Shown here in pieces: positions 18,472 to 27,580 of a DNA stretch of 64,000 nucleotides. The DNA is from Escherichia phage PP01: sequence record NC_054930.1. One strand, written 5' to 3'. The notes below the pieces were generated by a model, which was given only the letters and a program-made list of their open reading frames with translations, searched no databases and was not told the DNA's origin. Every line of letters begins with the position of its first letter. Positions within the stretch are counted from its first letter, which is position 1. Position numbers and translations under genes: made by a program.

Positions 18472-19305
18472 TTAAGATTTAAGTAAATCAACAATTTTAA
18501 TTAACTTTTCACGCTCAGATTTAGCTTTACTACTCAATCCAGATAGTCTGAAAATTTCATCGTCATATTGTTGAATAGAAATATTCAGCTCTTCAATCTG
18601 CTTATTAAAATAATCAATTTGTTCAGAATGTTTTTCGTTACTACGAACTGGTACAGGTTTTGTAGGCAATTTAGTTGAACTGGATTCATCCGGGCGATAA
18701 ATTAAAATACAACTTGAACCAATAGGGCATTTTGCACCAGATGAATATTCTAATGTTCCAGCTTCTTTTAAAACTTCAAAAGCTAAACAGAGATGATGCC
18801 CCATATTAACATAATCTGTAGAGTGAGCTCTGATGTAATAATCATCGCCACGAATACTAAATTTAAAGCATTTAAGGTCTTCTGTATTATTGGTCTTAAA
18901 AATCATTTGTTTATCTAGACCTTTAGCTAATCGAGCGCCTAATGCTAATAATCGGCGTTGATTTTCCCACAAATCCGCAATCATTTGATCGAATGATAAT
19001 TTTGGCATCAGTCGACCATAAAGGTCATATCCTTTATTATAATTACGAAGAATTTCACTCGCATTAATACGAGACAACGCTCCAATTTTATTAAGGGCTT
19101 TCATAATACGATTAGATAAACTCATTCCAGACCCGTTTGTTCGCTGTAAATGTTTTTCTAATCCAAATCCAATATCAACTTTAAACTTATCTAAAATTTC
19201 TGCATGAACATCTCTGTCGATAACATTCAAATCCAAAGTTGAGTTAAATCTATGAAAAAATTTATCTGGCTCTGCACTGCGAAATACAGTCCATTCATTC
19301 ATCAT
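18472..19305 (-). CDS. Hypothetical protein, 277 aa, with C-terminal coiled coil (array member 4)
   Basis: ORF track; linker LPTKPVPV then heptad-rich C-terminus. Confidence 0.6.
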   Translation of the reverse strand: MMNEWTVFRSAEPDKFFHRFNSTLDLNVIDRDVHAEILDKFKVDIGFGLEKHLQRTNGSGMSLSNRIMKALNKIGALSRINASEILRNYNKGYDLYGRLMPKLSFDQMIADLWENQRRLLALGARLAKGLDKQMIFKTNNTEDLKCFKFSIRGDDYYIRAHSTDYVNMGHHLCLAFEVLKEAGTLEYSSGAKCPIGSSCILIYRPDESSSTKLPTKPVPVRSNEKHSEQIDYFNKQIEELNISIQQYDDEIFRLSGLSSKAKSEREKLIKIVDLLKS

Positions 19306-19368
19306 TTTTTATTAACTAAAGATTTAATTACTGCATTGACATTATTAATTACTACTGACATATTTTCC

Positions 19369-19776
19369 TCACTCAATTTCAATTTTACTAAATACACAGA
19401 ATATGATTGAACAGACTACATAAGCACCACACACAGATTGAACTAATACCATCCCAAAGAACCAAACAATATTATCAAACAATGTTTGTTTTACGTCGAA
19501 AGGACGTAAACTTACAGTAATATTATCACCTTTTTCTATTGAAGAATACATCTCTGGGGAAATATATTCACTAAATCTATAACCGTCTTTGAGTTCATAT
19601 ACGGCAATAAACGATAAACTAGACCCTTTTCCTTGTGTTCCTGTAATGGTATTAACTACAGTAACATCATAATCTTTATAATGCATATAATCATTAATTG
19701 CGTAATAACCGTATGCAACTACTACACATAAACAACATATCAATAAATTCAATCTTTTAATTATCAACTGTTTCAT
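19369..19776 (-). CDS. Membrane protein, 135 aa (N- and C-terminal hydrophobic helices)
   Basis: ORF track; hydrophobic segments LNLLICCLCVVVAYGYY and IVWFFGMVLVQSVCGAYVVCSIIFCVF. Confidence 0.55.
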   Translation of the reverse strand: MKQLIIKRLNLLICCLCVVVAYGYYAINDYMHYKDYDVTVVNTITGTQGKGSSLSFIAVYELKDGYRFSEYISPEMYSSIEKGDNITVSLRPFDVKQTLFDNIVWFFGMVLVQSVCGAYVVCSIIFCVFSKIEIE

Positions 19777-19831
19777 AATAATCTCAATTAAAAGGGCTTA
19801 GAACCATTATACCATCCTTGGTATAAAGCGG

Positions 19832-20359
19832 TTATGCGAGTGCCGTCTTTAACCGTTCTTCAAACTTCCGAAGAGTATTTTGGCGTTCAGCTCTTTGCTT
19901 TTTGTAAGTTTCAATACGCTCTGAAATGAGAGTGTATCGTTCATTTACTGATTCTTTCATAAAATCAGGAATTTCACGAGAAGCTTTAATCTCGTCAAAT
20001 TTATCAATAACAGCTTGCTCTTCAGCAATTAAGTTATCATACATTAAAATATCTTTCTTGATGAACTCAATATCTTCTTGAGTTACACGAGATAATTTAG
20101 ATGCTTTATCCTTTTTGTACTGTTCGTTAGTATCACGAGACCAATGTAATGTACGATTTTTATTCGTATTCTTGTAAATTTCTACAATACCAATCTCATC
20201 AATAATAACGATCCAATTCCAGCGGGATTTGTAAATTTGTCCTCCATCAACAGCGATTTCACCTCCGATTGAGATGTCGTTAAAGAACTTGCTTTGTGCT
20301 TCAGATTTAAATTTACCATCGTTGTAATTTACTAAGTTGAAAATATCTTTAGCGTTCAT
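19832..20359 (-). CDS. Hypothetical protein, 175 aa
   Basis: ORF track; GGAGG ribosome-binding site; downstream of early promoter. Confidence 0.6.
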   Translation of the reverse strand: MNAKDIFNLVNYNDGKFKSEAQSKFFNDISIGGEIAVDGGQIYKSRWNWIVIIDEIGIVEIYKNTNKNRTLHWSRDTNEQYKKDKASKLSRVTQEDIEFIKKDILMYDNLIAEEQAVIDKFDEIKASREIPDFMKESVNERYTLISERIETYKKQRAERQNTLRKFEERLKTALA

Positions 20360-20392
20360 TTTCTGTTCCTCCGTAGTTGATAGTTGTATAGT

Positions 20393-20445
20393 ACCACAGA
20401 GGAACAGTCTTGTAAACCACTAAAAGAAACTTCTTTCACAATTTT
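20393..20445 (-). promoter_or_regulatory. T4-type early promoter
   Basis: Plus strand gttgtatagtaccac...tgtaaaccact. Confidence 0.6.
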
Positions 20446-20734
20446 TTCCACTGAACCATGCGCTCACTGCTTTCTTAGTCTCAGGAGCAGTGTTATCCAT
20501 AAACCATTCAAAGGCAGCCTTTTTATGATTCTGGAGGGCTTCTCGGGCTTTAATCTGCTCACGGTCTATTAACACTAACATGTGAGCCTTTCTTGTCACC
20601 ATGGGCTTCTTATGATTTTTTGAATACTCCCAGTCATTTGTCCATCGCATTGTTGTTGCGAACTGAAATACTGCTTCTTTAATTTTAGTTTCGTAAATTT
20701 CATGAGCCTTTGAGTATAACATCACTACCTCCAT
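20420..20734 (-). CDS. Hypothetical protein, 104 aa
   Basis: ORF track. Confidence 0.5.
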   Translation of the reverse strand: MEVVMLYSKAHEIYETKIKEAVFQFATTMRWTNDWEYSKNHKKPMVTRKAHMLVLIDREQIKAREALQNHKKAAFEWFMDNTAPETKKAVSAWFSGKNCERSFF

Positions 20735-20823
20735 TCACCAGTTTAATTCTAGTCATCTTTTTAATGGCAGTCCATATAATCTATTTCTGAACTGCCTTTT
20801 TGTCATAGAAGTCCTCTTATGAA

Positions 20824-21804
20824 TTATTTCAGAAGAGTAACCTCAGCAATTTCTTCCCAACCGTTTTTGTCGGTCATAATAAAGTCAGCAAGATAAAGAG
20901 CAGTACGCAGTGAAACATTGCGTAAACGATTAACATTAACTTTCATCCATGATAATGCTTTATAAGTTTCTTCATCAGAAAGACCGCGCTTTTGCATCAT
21001 GTCAGTTGAAAGAATAACATCTTCAACCCTGACCATAATTTCTTCATTAGTGTGAACACCCAAATCTAAATAAACCGAGCGGGACACTAATGCTTGTAAG
21101 TGTGGAGCAAGTTTAGTACCACGGTCTAATTCGCGGTCAATGTCAACGTTTGTGATAAAAACAATCGTTCCTTTAAATTCAAACTCACGGTCAATGCCTT
21201 TTTCTTCTAAGTAAGAAGATGCAGTGCTCCAGCAGACTTTACGGGTCTCTCCAGTGTCCAGAGCGGCTTTTAGAAGATTAAGAATGTCCATATCAGAGAA
21301 AACATCCACATCATCAATCAAAAGGACAGAATTCTCTTCACGATTATTCCAAAGCTGCTCATAAAGACCAATACCAGAGATTTTACCATTAATGCTTTTA
21401 TATTCAATGTATCCGTTATCATTTGCTTTATTTAAAGCTTTATCTAAAGAATACGTTTTACCAATACCTGCTGCGCCAGAGATAATTAATGAACGAATAT
21501 TTCCATTAATAATACCATTCGTCATCATTCCCATAACATTAAATCTTTTATTAATGCGGGTTTTCATATCTTCATACGATTCTTTAACTTCTTCAACTTT
21601 TACACCATCATATGAAATATCTGATTTGTAAACCCAAACACCGCGACGTTTACCGTCAATTTCAACAAAAACTTTACCATCTCCTTGTGCATCTACCGGA
21701 GCATTATCTGGGAACCATTCGCCTAAGAGCTCAAAAGTTCCAGAGATTTCTTTACCGAAGTAGATACCCTTATTGATAGTTACAGTTTTCATTTTATTCT
21801 CCAA
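20824..21804 (-). CDS. AAA+/P-loop ATPase, 326 aa
   Basis: Walker A GAAGIGKT, Walker B VLLIDDVD; GGAG ribosome-binding site; early promoter upstream. Confidence 0.7.
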   Translation of the reverse strand: MENKMKTVTINKGIYFGKEISGTFELLGEWFPDNAPVDAQGDGKVFVEIDGKRRGVWVYKSDISYDGVKVEEVKESYEDMKTRINKRFNVMGMMTNGIINGNIRSLIISGAAGIGKTYSLDKALNKANDNGYIEYKSINGKISGIGLYEQLWNNREENSVLLIDDVDVFSDMDILNLLKAALDTGETRKVCWSTASSYLEEKGIDREFEFKGTIVFITNVDIDRELDRGTKLAPHLQALVSRSVYLDLGVHTNEEIMVRVEDVILSTDMMQKRGLSDEETYKALSWMKVNVNRLRNVSLRTALYLADFIMTDKNGWEEIAEVTLLK

Positions 21805-21823
21805 ATCTGTATCAGTTGATAGT

Positions 21824-21878
21824 TGTATAGTACCATAAAGCTTTATGCTTGTAAACCGTTTTGTGAAAAATTTTTGAA
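21824..21878 (-). promoter_or_regulatory. T4-type early promoter
   Basis: Plus strand gttgtatagtaccat...tgtaaaccgttttgtgaaaaatttttg. Confidence 0.65.
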
Positions 21879-21883
21879 ATAAA

Positions 21884-21905
21884 AAGGGAGCCCGAAGGCT
21901 CCCTT
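21884..21905 (-). terminator. Rho-independent terminator / UUCG-tetraloop hairpin
   Basis: gggagcc-cgaa-ggctccc with a U-run on the minus transcript, right after the stop of the 337-aa gene. Confidence 0.7.
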
Positions 21906-21906
21906 A

Positions 21907-22920
21907 TCATTTATAATAACTTCGGTGGTTTTCAAGATAAACCCTCTCAAGGAAGTCATCCCAGAAACTCATGTCTACTTTTTGCTGCATACCGTTCTTA
22001 GAAGCTTCAATGGATGCTGCTTCTACTTGATCGACCACATCTTCCAAAAACTCTTGAACAGTTTTAAATGGATGCTTACCCAACTTCACGTCGAGAATAA
22101 ATGAAGCATCTTGGAGTGGATAAACCAAGTCACCAGTTTTGTAAATTTCCAATAGTTGGAGTCCACCACGACAAGCATGGCTCAAAGCTTTCCAGTCAAT
22201 GCCCTCATTCGCTTCAGCTTTACGAGCGCGTTCACCGTATTCGGCATCAAGTTTATTCAATGACTGCTTGAGCTCTGTAATTGATAACGTTGTTTGGTAC
22301 TTACGTCCAAGAACAGTATAGAACGTTTGCGGGCCTGTTTTCTCATGATTATGGAACACCCATTCACAGAACTCGTTTTCAGGGAGTCTGTGTTTGATAT
22401 CTTCTACTTTAGTACGACGAAGTCTATCAGGGATTCCTTCTTGATAATCAACCCACTGGTCAGGGATTTGATTAACTACTTTCAATACATCACGTAATGC
22501 GGCCAAACGAGAACCCTTGACACCGTATTTAGAAGCTTGCTTGCGGACATATCCTAAATAGGATTTCATGTTAGTTGTATAAAACCGTGAACGATTGTCT
22601 TGGATAAATTTCCATACATCAGGCAAATCAGATTTAACCACTAGTTCAGGCGGAGTGTGAAGCATATCCAATGCTACAGTTTCACCATCTGCTGCTAATT
22701 TAAAGAAATACTTAAGACTGTATAGTTCATGGTCAATATCATCTTTAGTGTTTTTAGATGATGTGTTGTTAGTGTTTTTACTCATATGCTCTTTAACATT
22801 TCCGATAAGAATATCGCGAGCACGAGGAACAAAGATTTCTTTAAAATCTACATCAGATTCTGGAGTAGAAGTTCCATAAAGATGACTACCAAAATAGCTT
22901 TTCATTACTGTTTTCATCAT
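21907..22920 (-). CDS. Putative Pol-beta-superfamily nucleotidyltransferase-like protein, 337 aa
   Basis: N-terminal GS...DxD-type motif YFGSHLYGTSTPESDVDF; remainder unassigned. Confidence 0.5.
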   Translation of the reverse strand: MMKTVMKSYFGSHLYGTSTPESDVDFKEIFVPRARDILIGNVKEHMSKNTNNTSSKNTKDDIDHELYSLKYFFKLAADGETVALDMLHTPPELVVKSDLPDVWKFIQDNRSRFYTTNMKSYLGYVRKQASKYGVKGSRLAALRDVLKVVNQIPDQWVDYQEGIPDRLRRTKVEDIKHRLPENEFCEWVFHNHEKTGPQTFYTVLGRKYQTTLSITELKQSLNKLDAEYGERARKAEANEGIDWKALSHACRGGLQLLEIYKTGDLVYPLQDASFILDVKLGKHPFKTVQEFLEDVVDQVEAASIEASKNGMQQKVDMSFWDDFLERVYLENHRSYYK

Positions 22921-23378
22921 TCAGCCTTATATTCAATAACAGGACATACTTTAGCTTTACGCGCTTTTAAAAATTCGACGATAATAGATTTCTTGGGTTG
23001 AATAGGAGGTAAGCCTTTATACGCCCTATCAATATTTTCTACATGTAAAGCATAATCCTTTTTCCATTTATAATCTTTATATTTTTCATGCAGTTGTGCA
23101 GGAATAACAAATGAACCGATAATAAGTAAAACAACCAAAAGCGCAAGTATAAATGCTGATGGAAGAAGAGTCCATAAACTACCGAAAATAAGCCAACGTT
23201 GTAGGCTTTCTGCACAAATAATTGTTAGCCCTACGAGTATAGTACACCCAAAAATAGAAACGAAAAATGTAGGAATGGCAATAGACCAAAAATATGCGCA
23301 TAGTGTCTTAGGTCGTTGCCATTCATCGTTAAACAATTTGAATAATTTATAGTGCCAAGAGTTTTCATTAATAATCAT
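22917..23378 (-). CDS. Multi-pass membrane protein, 153 aa
   Basis: ORF track; several hydrophobic helices. Confidence 0.55.
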   Translation of the reverse strand: MIINENSWHYKLFKLFNDEWQRPKTLCAYFWSIAIPTFFVSIFGCTILVGLTIICAESLQRWLIFGSLWTLLPSAFILALLVVLLIIGSFVIPAQLHEKYKDYKWKKDYALHVENIDRAYKGLPPIQPKKSIIVEFLKARKAKVCPVIEYKAE

Positions 23379-23380
23379 AA

Positions 23381-23902
23381 TTATCCTTTCATTGAAGGCG
23401 TAACGGTTGTTAAATACTTAATCATCGCTTCAGCTTCTGATTTTGATAATGAAATTTCTCCATTGTTTTGACGAATAGAAATAAAATCCGGATGACGGTC
23501 ACCACCAGCTTTTAAAACACACATATAAGTATCAGTTTCATCTTCAATATTTGAAATGATTGAAGCAGTTCCGCATGAATGCGGTTTTTGATAAATCAAT
23601 ACAGCTTTTCTTCCGCCATTTGACTGTTCATAAACTTTTAATACATCAAACAAATCACTTCTTTTATCAATAGCTAAAATGTTATTTTCATCTTCAATGT
23701 TAAATCCTTCGGATACTTCATAAAGTGTTACCCATAAATCACCGATGTCAATAACAGCATTTACTTTTCCACGGCTTTCAAGAGTATGACAAATTTTCTT
23801 GATTTCGTCATAACTCATTTTAATAATATCATCTCCTTGACTAAGAAAGATGTCATTTTTAAATTCAACACGAATTAAACCGCTTTCACTTGAAATAAAC
23901 AT
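23381..23902 (-). CDS. Hypothetical protein, 173 aa (tandem paralog A)
   Basis: ORF track; shares GFNIE...and C-terminal ...EA.A(M/L)(I/K).YL..V.P(S/T)M motifs with the next ORF. Confidence 0.55.
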   Translation of the reverse strand: MFISSESGLIRVEFKNDIFLSQGDDIIKMSYDEIKKICHTLESRGKVNAVIDIGDLWVTLYEVSEGFNIEDENNILAIDKRSDLFDVLKVYEQSNGGRKAVLIYQKPHSCGTASIISNIEDETDTYMCVLKAGGDRHPDFISIRQNNGEISLSKSEAEAMIKYLTTVTPSMKG

Positions 23903-23908
23903 ATTTCC

Positions 23909-24454
23909 TCACTTTGAAATCATAGTTGGAATAACAGAATCAAGATAAGTCTTTAGTGCAATAGCTTCGTCTTTGGTAAATGTGACAATATGCGATCGAA
24001 AATCATCAATTTGACGAATAGTTAAGACATCTCCATCTTCATAACATTTTGATACGTTTAAAACAGTTTCATCATTCTGATTGCAAGCGTTAGTAATAAT
24101 AGCATTGCAATTTTTAAACCATTTTAAACTATGTTTTCTTTCATTAGAATAATAAAAATATTTAATCTTAGTTATAAAATTATCCCAATTATTAATTGAT
24201 AAGCATATTGACTCGCTTTCAATATTAAATCCTGGGCATAAAGAATAGAAATGAATTTTATGCTCATCATTAATGCTTACAATTTTATCAGTATAAGAAT
24301 TTTCAATTTGGGTTAAACGAACAATTTCGTTAGGCGTAAAATATAGCATATCGTCTTCTTGTGTCAAACGATACATATTATTTACTTTTTCTATAGCCAA
24401 TTCACCAAAAAGTGAACTAACTTCTAATACTAATCGTTTCGCCTCACTCATCAC
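23909..24454 (-). CDS. Hypothetical protein, 181 aa (tandem paralog B)
   Basis: ORF track; paralogous to 23381..23902. Confidence 0.55.
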   Translation of the reverse strand: MMSEAKRLVLEVSSLFGELAIEKVNNMYRLTQEDDMLYFTPNEIVRLTQIENSYTDKIVSINDEHKIHFYSLCPGFNIESESICLSINNWDNFITKIKYFYYSNERKHSLKWFKNCNAIITNACNQNDETVLNVSKCYEDGDVLTIRQIDDFRSHIVTFTKDEAIALKTYLDSVIPTMISK

Positions 24455-24584
24455 TGTATACTCCTCTGAATCATATCAATAATGTTGTTCACCAGATTAT
24501 AAGTAAACATTGGGTAATTATATTGAATCATCACATACACAACAAACAAAATTTTCATTCTCTTCTCCTTGACAGTTGACAAGA

Positions 24585-24635
24585 TTACTATACCATAACC
24601 TTGCCAACTTGTAAACCATTAAATGACGTTTTCAA
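24585..24635 (-). promoter_or_regulatory. T4-type early promoter
   Basis: Plus strand tactataccataaccttgccaacttgtaaaccatt. Confidence 0.5.
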
Positions 24636-24780
24636 TAAAATTCTGAAGCTTTGTGTGAGCATCAACCATGATTTTCATTTCTTCTTTTGCGAAAGCTGTA
24701 CCTCTTTCCCGAGCAGAATACTCATAGTCAGAAACTGCATTAGCATATTCTTCAATTAGTTTCATTAAAAACATCTGCTT
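24610..24780 (-). CDS. Small hypothetical ORF (~56 aa), below ORF-track cutoff
   Basis: Hand translation: MKTEKQMFLMKLIEEYANAVSDYEYSAREGTAFAKEEMKIMVDAHTKLQNFIENVI; coordinates approximate. Confidence 0.3.
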
Positions 24781-24781
24781 T

Positions 24782-24976
24782 TCAGTTTTCATTATTCCAC
24801 CTAATCATTTCAAGATATTGAACTAACTTAGCTTTAGATTTATCCAAATCCTTTTTAGCTGCTTCTATACCGTCGTATGAATATCCTTCACAATGCTCAA
24901 CTGCTAATTGATATGAATCTATTTCAATATCACGTGCTAATTTAATGATTTTTTCAAACTGTTCGCGTGTTAGCAT
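24782..24976 (-). CDS. Hypothetical protein, 64 aa
   Basis: ORF track. Confidence 0.5.
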   Translation of the reverse strand: MLTREQFEKIIKLARDIEIDSYQLAVEHCEGYSYDGIEAAKKDLDKSKAKLVQYLEMIRWNNEN

Positions 24977-24978
24977 AC

Positions 24979-25218
24979 TTAAACTCTCGTATTATGATCG
25001 ATAATTTCATCAAGAAACATATCTAACGCTTCTAAAGCATTATCAACTTTAGCTTCAAGTTCATCAATACCTTTATTTGCAATGCCTGACGAAAACCAAG
25101 CAAAGTCACTAAGTTCCTCATCTGCTTTACGAATTAAAGCTACCAATTCTTTAATCTTATCCGCTTGTTCGATACTAATCATTATTCCACCACATATGAA
25201 AGAGAGAATATTGCACAC
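24979..25218 (-). CDS. Hypothetical protein, 79 aa
   Basis: ORF track. Confidence 0.5.
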
Positions 25219-25370
25219 GCCATGTGAGTTGCAACTTCATCACACATATTATAACGTTTCTTAAGAAGTTCTACAAGTTCTTCACTAGTAACTTCATCCA
25301 TGTCGACGAAAAAATCACCATTAATGATGACGTAGATATTTCCTTCTTGATTAAGTGCTTCAATTTTCAT
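25182..25370 (-). CDS. Hypothetical protein, ~62 aa (start at MKIEALNQ)
   Basis: ORF track 25182..25415; internal ATG has a GGAG ribosome-binding site and lies downstream of the early promoter. Confidence 0.45.
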
Positions 25371-25393
25371 GATGTTCTCCTCTTTATCCGATG

Positions 25394-25440
25394 GTTGTAT
25401 AGTACCACGGCTCAAACGAAAAGTAAACCGGTAAAATGAA
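25394..25440 (-). promoter_or_regulatory. T4-type early promoter
   Basis: Plus strand gttgtatagtaccacgg...aagtaaaccgg. Confidence 0.6.
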
Positions 25441-25442
25441 AA

Positions 25443-25462
25443 AAGTCTCCCGAAGGAGACTA
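25443..25462 (-). terminator. UUCG-tetraloop hairpin terminator
   Basis: gtctcc-cgaa-ggagac after the stop of the 128-aa gene. Confidence 0.6.
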
Positions 25463-25465
25463 ATG

Positions 25466-25852
25466 TTATTCGAGGGAAAGAAGATACTTACTCTGGTAAA
25501 ACATCCCAGTAATATCATCTATCGTGCTTTGAATGGCTGGAGGCATTTCTTTATAAATGCTATTAGATTGGTCTAGTATGCGATCAATCATTTTAATTGT
25601 GTCGGTAGGAAGTTTACTGGCATCTGGAATTAAAGGTGTGTATTTTCTACCAGAATACCCCAAATATTGCTCACCAAATTTATCAATCAAATCTGGCAAC
25701 TCGGAGAAAATAAAATCGTATGCTTTGTGTCTAGCATAACTTTTAGTTTCAAAATGCGCAGAATGAAAATAAGCTTGTGCAGCCATTAATAAACCTAAGT
25801 ATTCATCTGCCTTTGAAGGTTTTCCACTTTGTGAAAAGTCGCTGAATTTCAT
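25466..25852 (-). CDS. Hypothetical protein, 128 aa (rI.-1 position)
   Basis: ORF track; immediately downstream of rI on the same strand. Confidence 0.55.
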
Positions 25853-26142
25853 TCAGTCTCCAATTTAATGTTCATAATTCTAGCGTATGATTGTGCCATC
25901 TCCGCGCCTCGTTCTATACATTCAAAATCAGAAGAGCACGGGTCATTTTTATAGGTCGTTCTCATAAAACTATAGAACTGTTCAGATGATTCTACGCTTT
26001 TATTTTCAAAAAGCATATAAACATGTCTAATACCAGATTCCATAAATTTATCAAAATGAGGATCGACATTCGCTTCAATCGATGGAGATAAAACAAATGA
26101 CAATCCTAGCATGGCAAATAGTGCCGTTGCTTTTAAGGCCAT
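25849..26142 (-). CDS. rI: Lysis-inhibition regulator RI (signal-anchored periplasmic protein)
   Basis: 97 aa; N-terminal signal anchor MALKATALFAMLGLSFVLSPSIEA; length and sequence as I recall T4 RI. Confidence 0.8.
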   Translation of the reverse strand: MALKATALFAMLGLSFVLSPSIEANVDPHFDKFMESGIRHVYMLFENKSVESSEQFYSFMRTTYKNDPCSSDFECIERGAEMAQSYARIMNIKLETE

Positions 26143-26154
26143 AAAGGCCTCCTA

Positions 26155-26367
26155 TCATTTTTGTCCTGTATTTACTTTATGCCGATGCACGGCCTTAACT
26201 TTATCAAGGTATTTTTCAAAATTTCGCAATCTAGTATAGTCTGCCGGAGATTGGTTGAGTGATACTTCTCGACGCAAAGCTGAAATGATATTTCCAACTT
26301 CCCTACGAATTTCATCTAATTGAAGCACAGTAAGATTGCGAAGTTGCTTTTCAGTTAATTGTAGCAT
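26155..26367 (-). CDS. Hypothetical protein, 70 aa
   Basis: ORF track. Confidence 0.5.
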
Positions 26368-26409
26368 ATATACCCCTTTAGTTAGATAAACCTATTTATA
26401 ACTTTTGCA

Positions 26410-26991
26410 CTAACCGAGCTTTTTAGTTAATTCATTCCAATGTTTTCTACACAAAGAAACATAAATTTCATCACCTATACAGATTTGATTACCTTCTTTA
26501 ACTGGTGTTCCATCTTCCATTAATCGAGCTGTCATGATCGCTTTTTTGCCGCAATGACAAACTGCCTTTAGTTCAATAAGTTTATCTGCAATCGCTAAAA
26601 GTTCTTTAGAACCTTCAAATAATTTTCCAGCGAAATCAGTCCTTAATCCATAAGCCATAACAGGAACATTATATGTATCAACAATTCGGCTCAATTGATG
26701 TACTTGTTCAGTTTTTAAAAACTGAGCTTCATCTACAAATACGCAATGAATATCTTTTTGTGCTTCAGCCCATTTATAGAATTCGAAAATGTCCATATCA
26801 TCTGTAATAATATTCGCTTCCTGCTTAATTCCAATGCGAGAAACGACTTCACAGACAGAATCGCGAGTATCAATAGCAGGCTTAAGAACTAATACACTCA
26901 TTCCACGTTCTTTATAATTATGTGCAGCAGTCAAAAGAGAAGCAGATTTTCCAGCATTCATTGCTGCATAAGTAAAAATTAAACTCGCCAT
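26410..26991 (-). CDS. tk: Thymidine kinase
   Basis: 193 aa; P-loop MNAGKS; Zn-binding CHCGKKA...C..C motifs. Confidence 0.93.
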   Translation of the reverse strand: MASLIFTYAAMNAGKSASLLTAAHNYKERGMSVLVLKPAIDTRDSVCEVVSRIGIKQEANIITDDMDIFEFYKWAEAQKDIHCVFVDEAQFLKTEQVHQLSRIVDTYNVPVMAYGLRTDFAGKLFEGSKELLAIADKLIELKAVCHCGKKAIMTARLMEDGTPVKEGNQICIGDEIYVSLCRKHWNELTKKLG

Positions 26992-27000
26992 ATCACCTTC

Positions 27001-27186
27001 TTAAAGCGTATTCACATAAGCTATTAATTCGTTTTCTTTCTTATCAAACCGGTCAGCAAATTCTTCTTGTTGTTCGGGAGATAGCGGGCCGTATTCATCA
27101 TAAAAGGTGTTTGCTTCTGCATGCTCATCTAGAAGTTCATGGATAAGCTCAAACAATTTATCTTTTTGTTCTTTACTCAGACTCAT
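27001..27186 (-). CDS. Hypothetical acidic protein, 61 aa
   Basis: ORF track. Confidence 0.5.
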   Translation of the reverse strand: MSLSKEQKDKLFELIHELLDEHAEANTFYDEYGPLSPEQQEEFADRFDKKENELIAYVNTL

Positions 27187-27355
27187 ATATTAATTTCCAG
27201 GAGTTTTAAAATAATTCGCTTTTGCTTAAATATTTCCGTAGTTAAATGGTCAGTATCTTTTTGACCGATTCCAATGGCAAAACCTTTATTAACAGCGAGT
27301 TCAATTAAATTATCAAGCTCACGTAACACTTCATATTGTAACTCAAAATTATTCA
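27183..27355 (-). CDS. Small hypothetical ORF (~57 aa), below ORF-track cutoff
   Basis: Hand translation beginning MNNFELQYEVLRELDNLIELAVNKGFAIGIGQKD...; coordinates approximate (my hand count around here disagreed with the ORF track by 1 nt). Confidence 0.3.
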
Positions 27356-27580
27356 TTTTGGTTTACCTTCTTTAACGAAATCAGGATAAGGATAAAATCC
27401 TGAATAAAATCCTTCACCTTTATGATTGATGCATCCTTTATTAGAACAATAGCACCAATAATCGAAATCACAAGCCATTTCATCATTACATAAAGCAAAA
27501 ACAACTGGCCATTCACACTTTTCGCAGTGGGCATTTTTAAGAATACTAGTTTGGCTCATAACCATGTAACCTTTAAACAA
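27353..27580 (-). CDS. Cys-rich small protein, 75 aa
   Basis: ORF track; multiple CxxC pairs (CEKCEW, CNDEMAC, CYCSNKGC). Confidence 0.5.
   Translation of the reverse strand: MFKGYMVMSQTSILKNAHCEKCEWPVVFALCNDEMACDFDYWCYCSNKGCINHKGEGFYSGFYPYPDFVKEGKPK

Noticed and set aside
27349-27534. 61-aa ORF nearly co-extensive with the Cys-rich 75-aa ORF
   Set aside because: Alternative frame of the same interval; the Cys-rich frame has the more protein-like composition.
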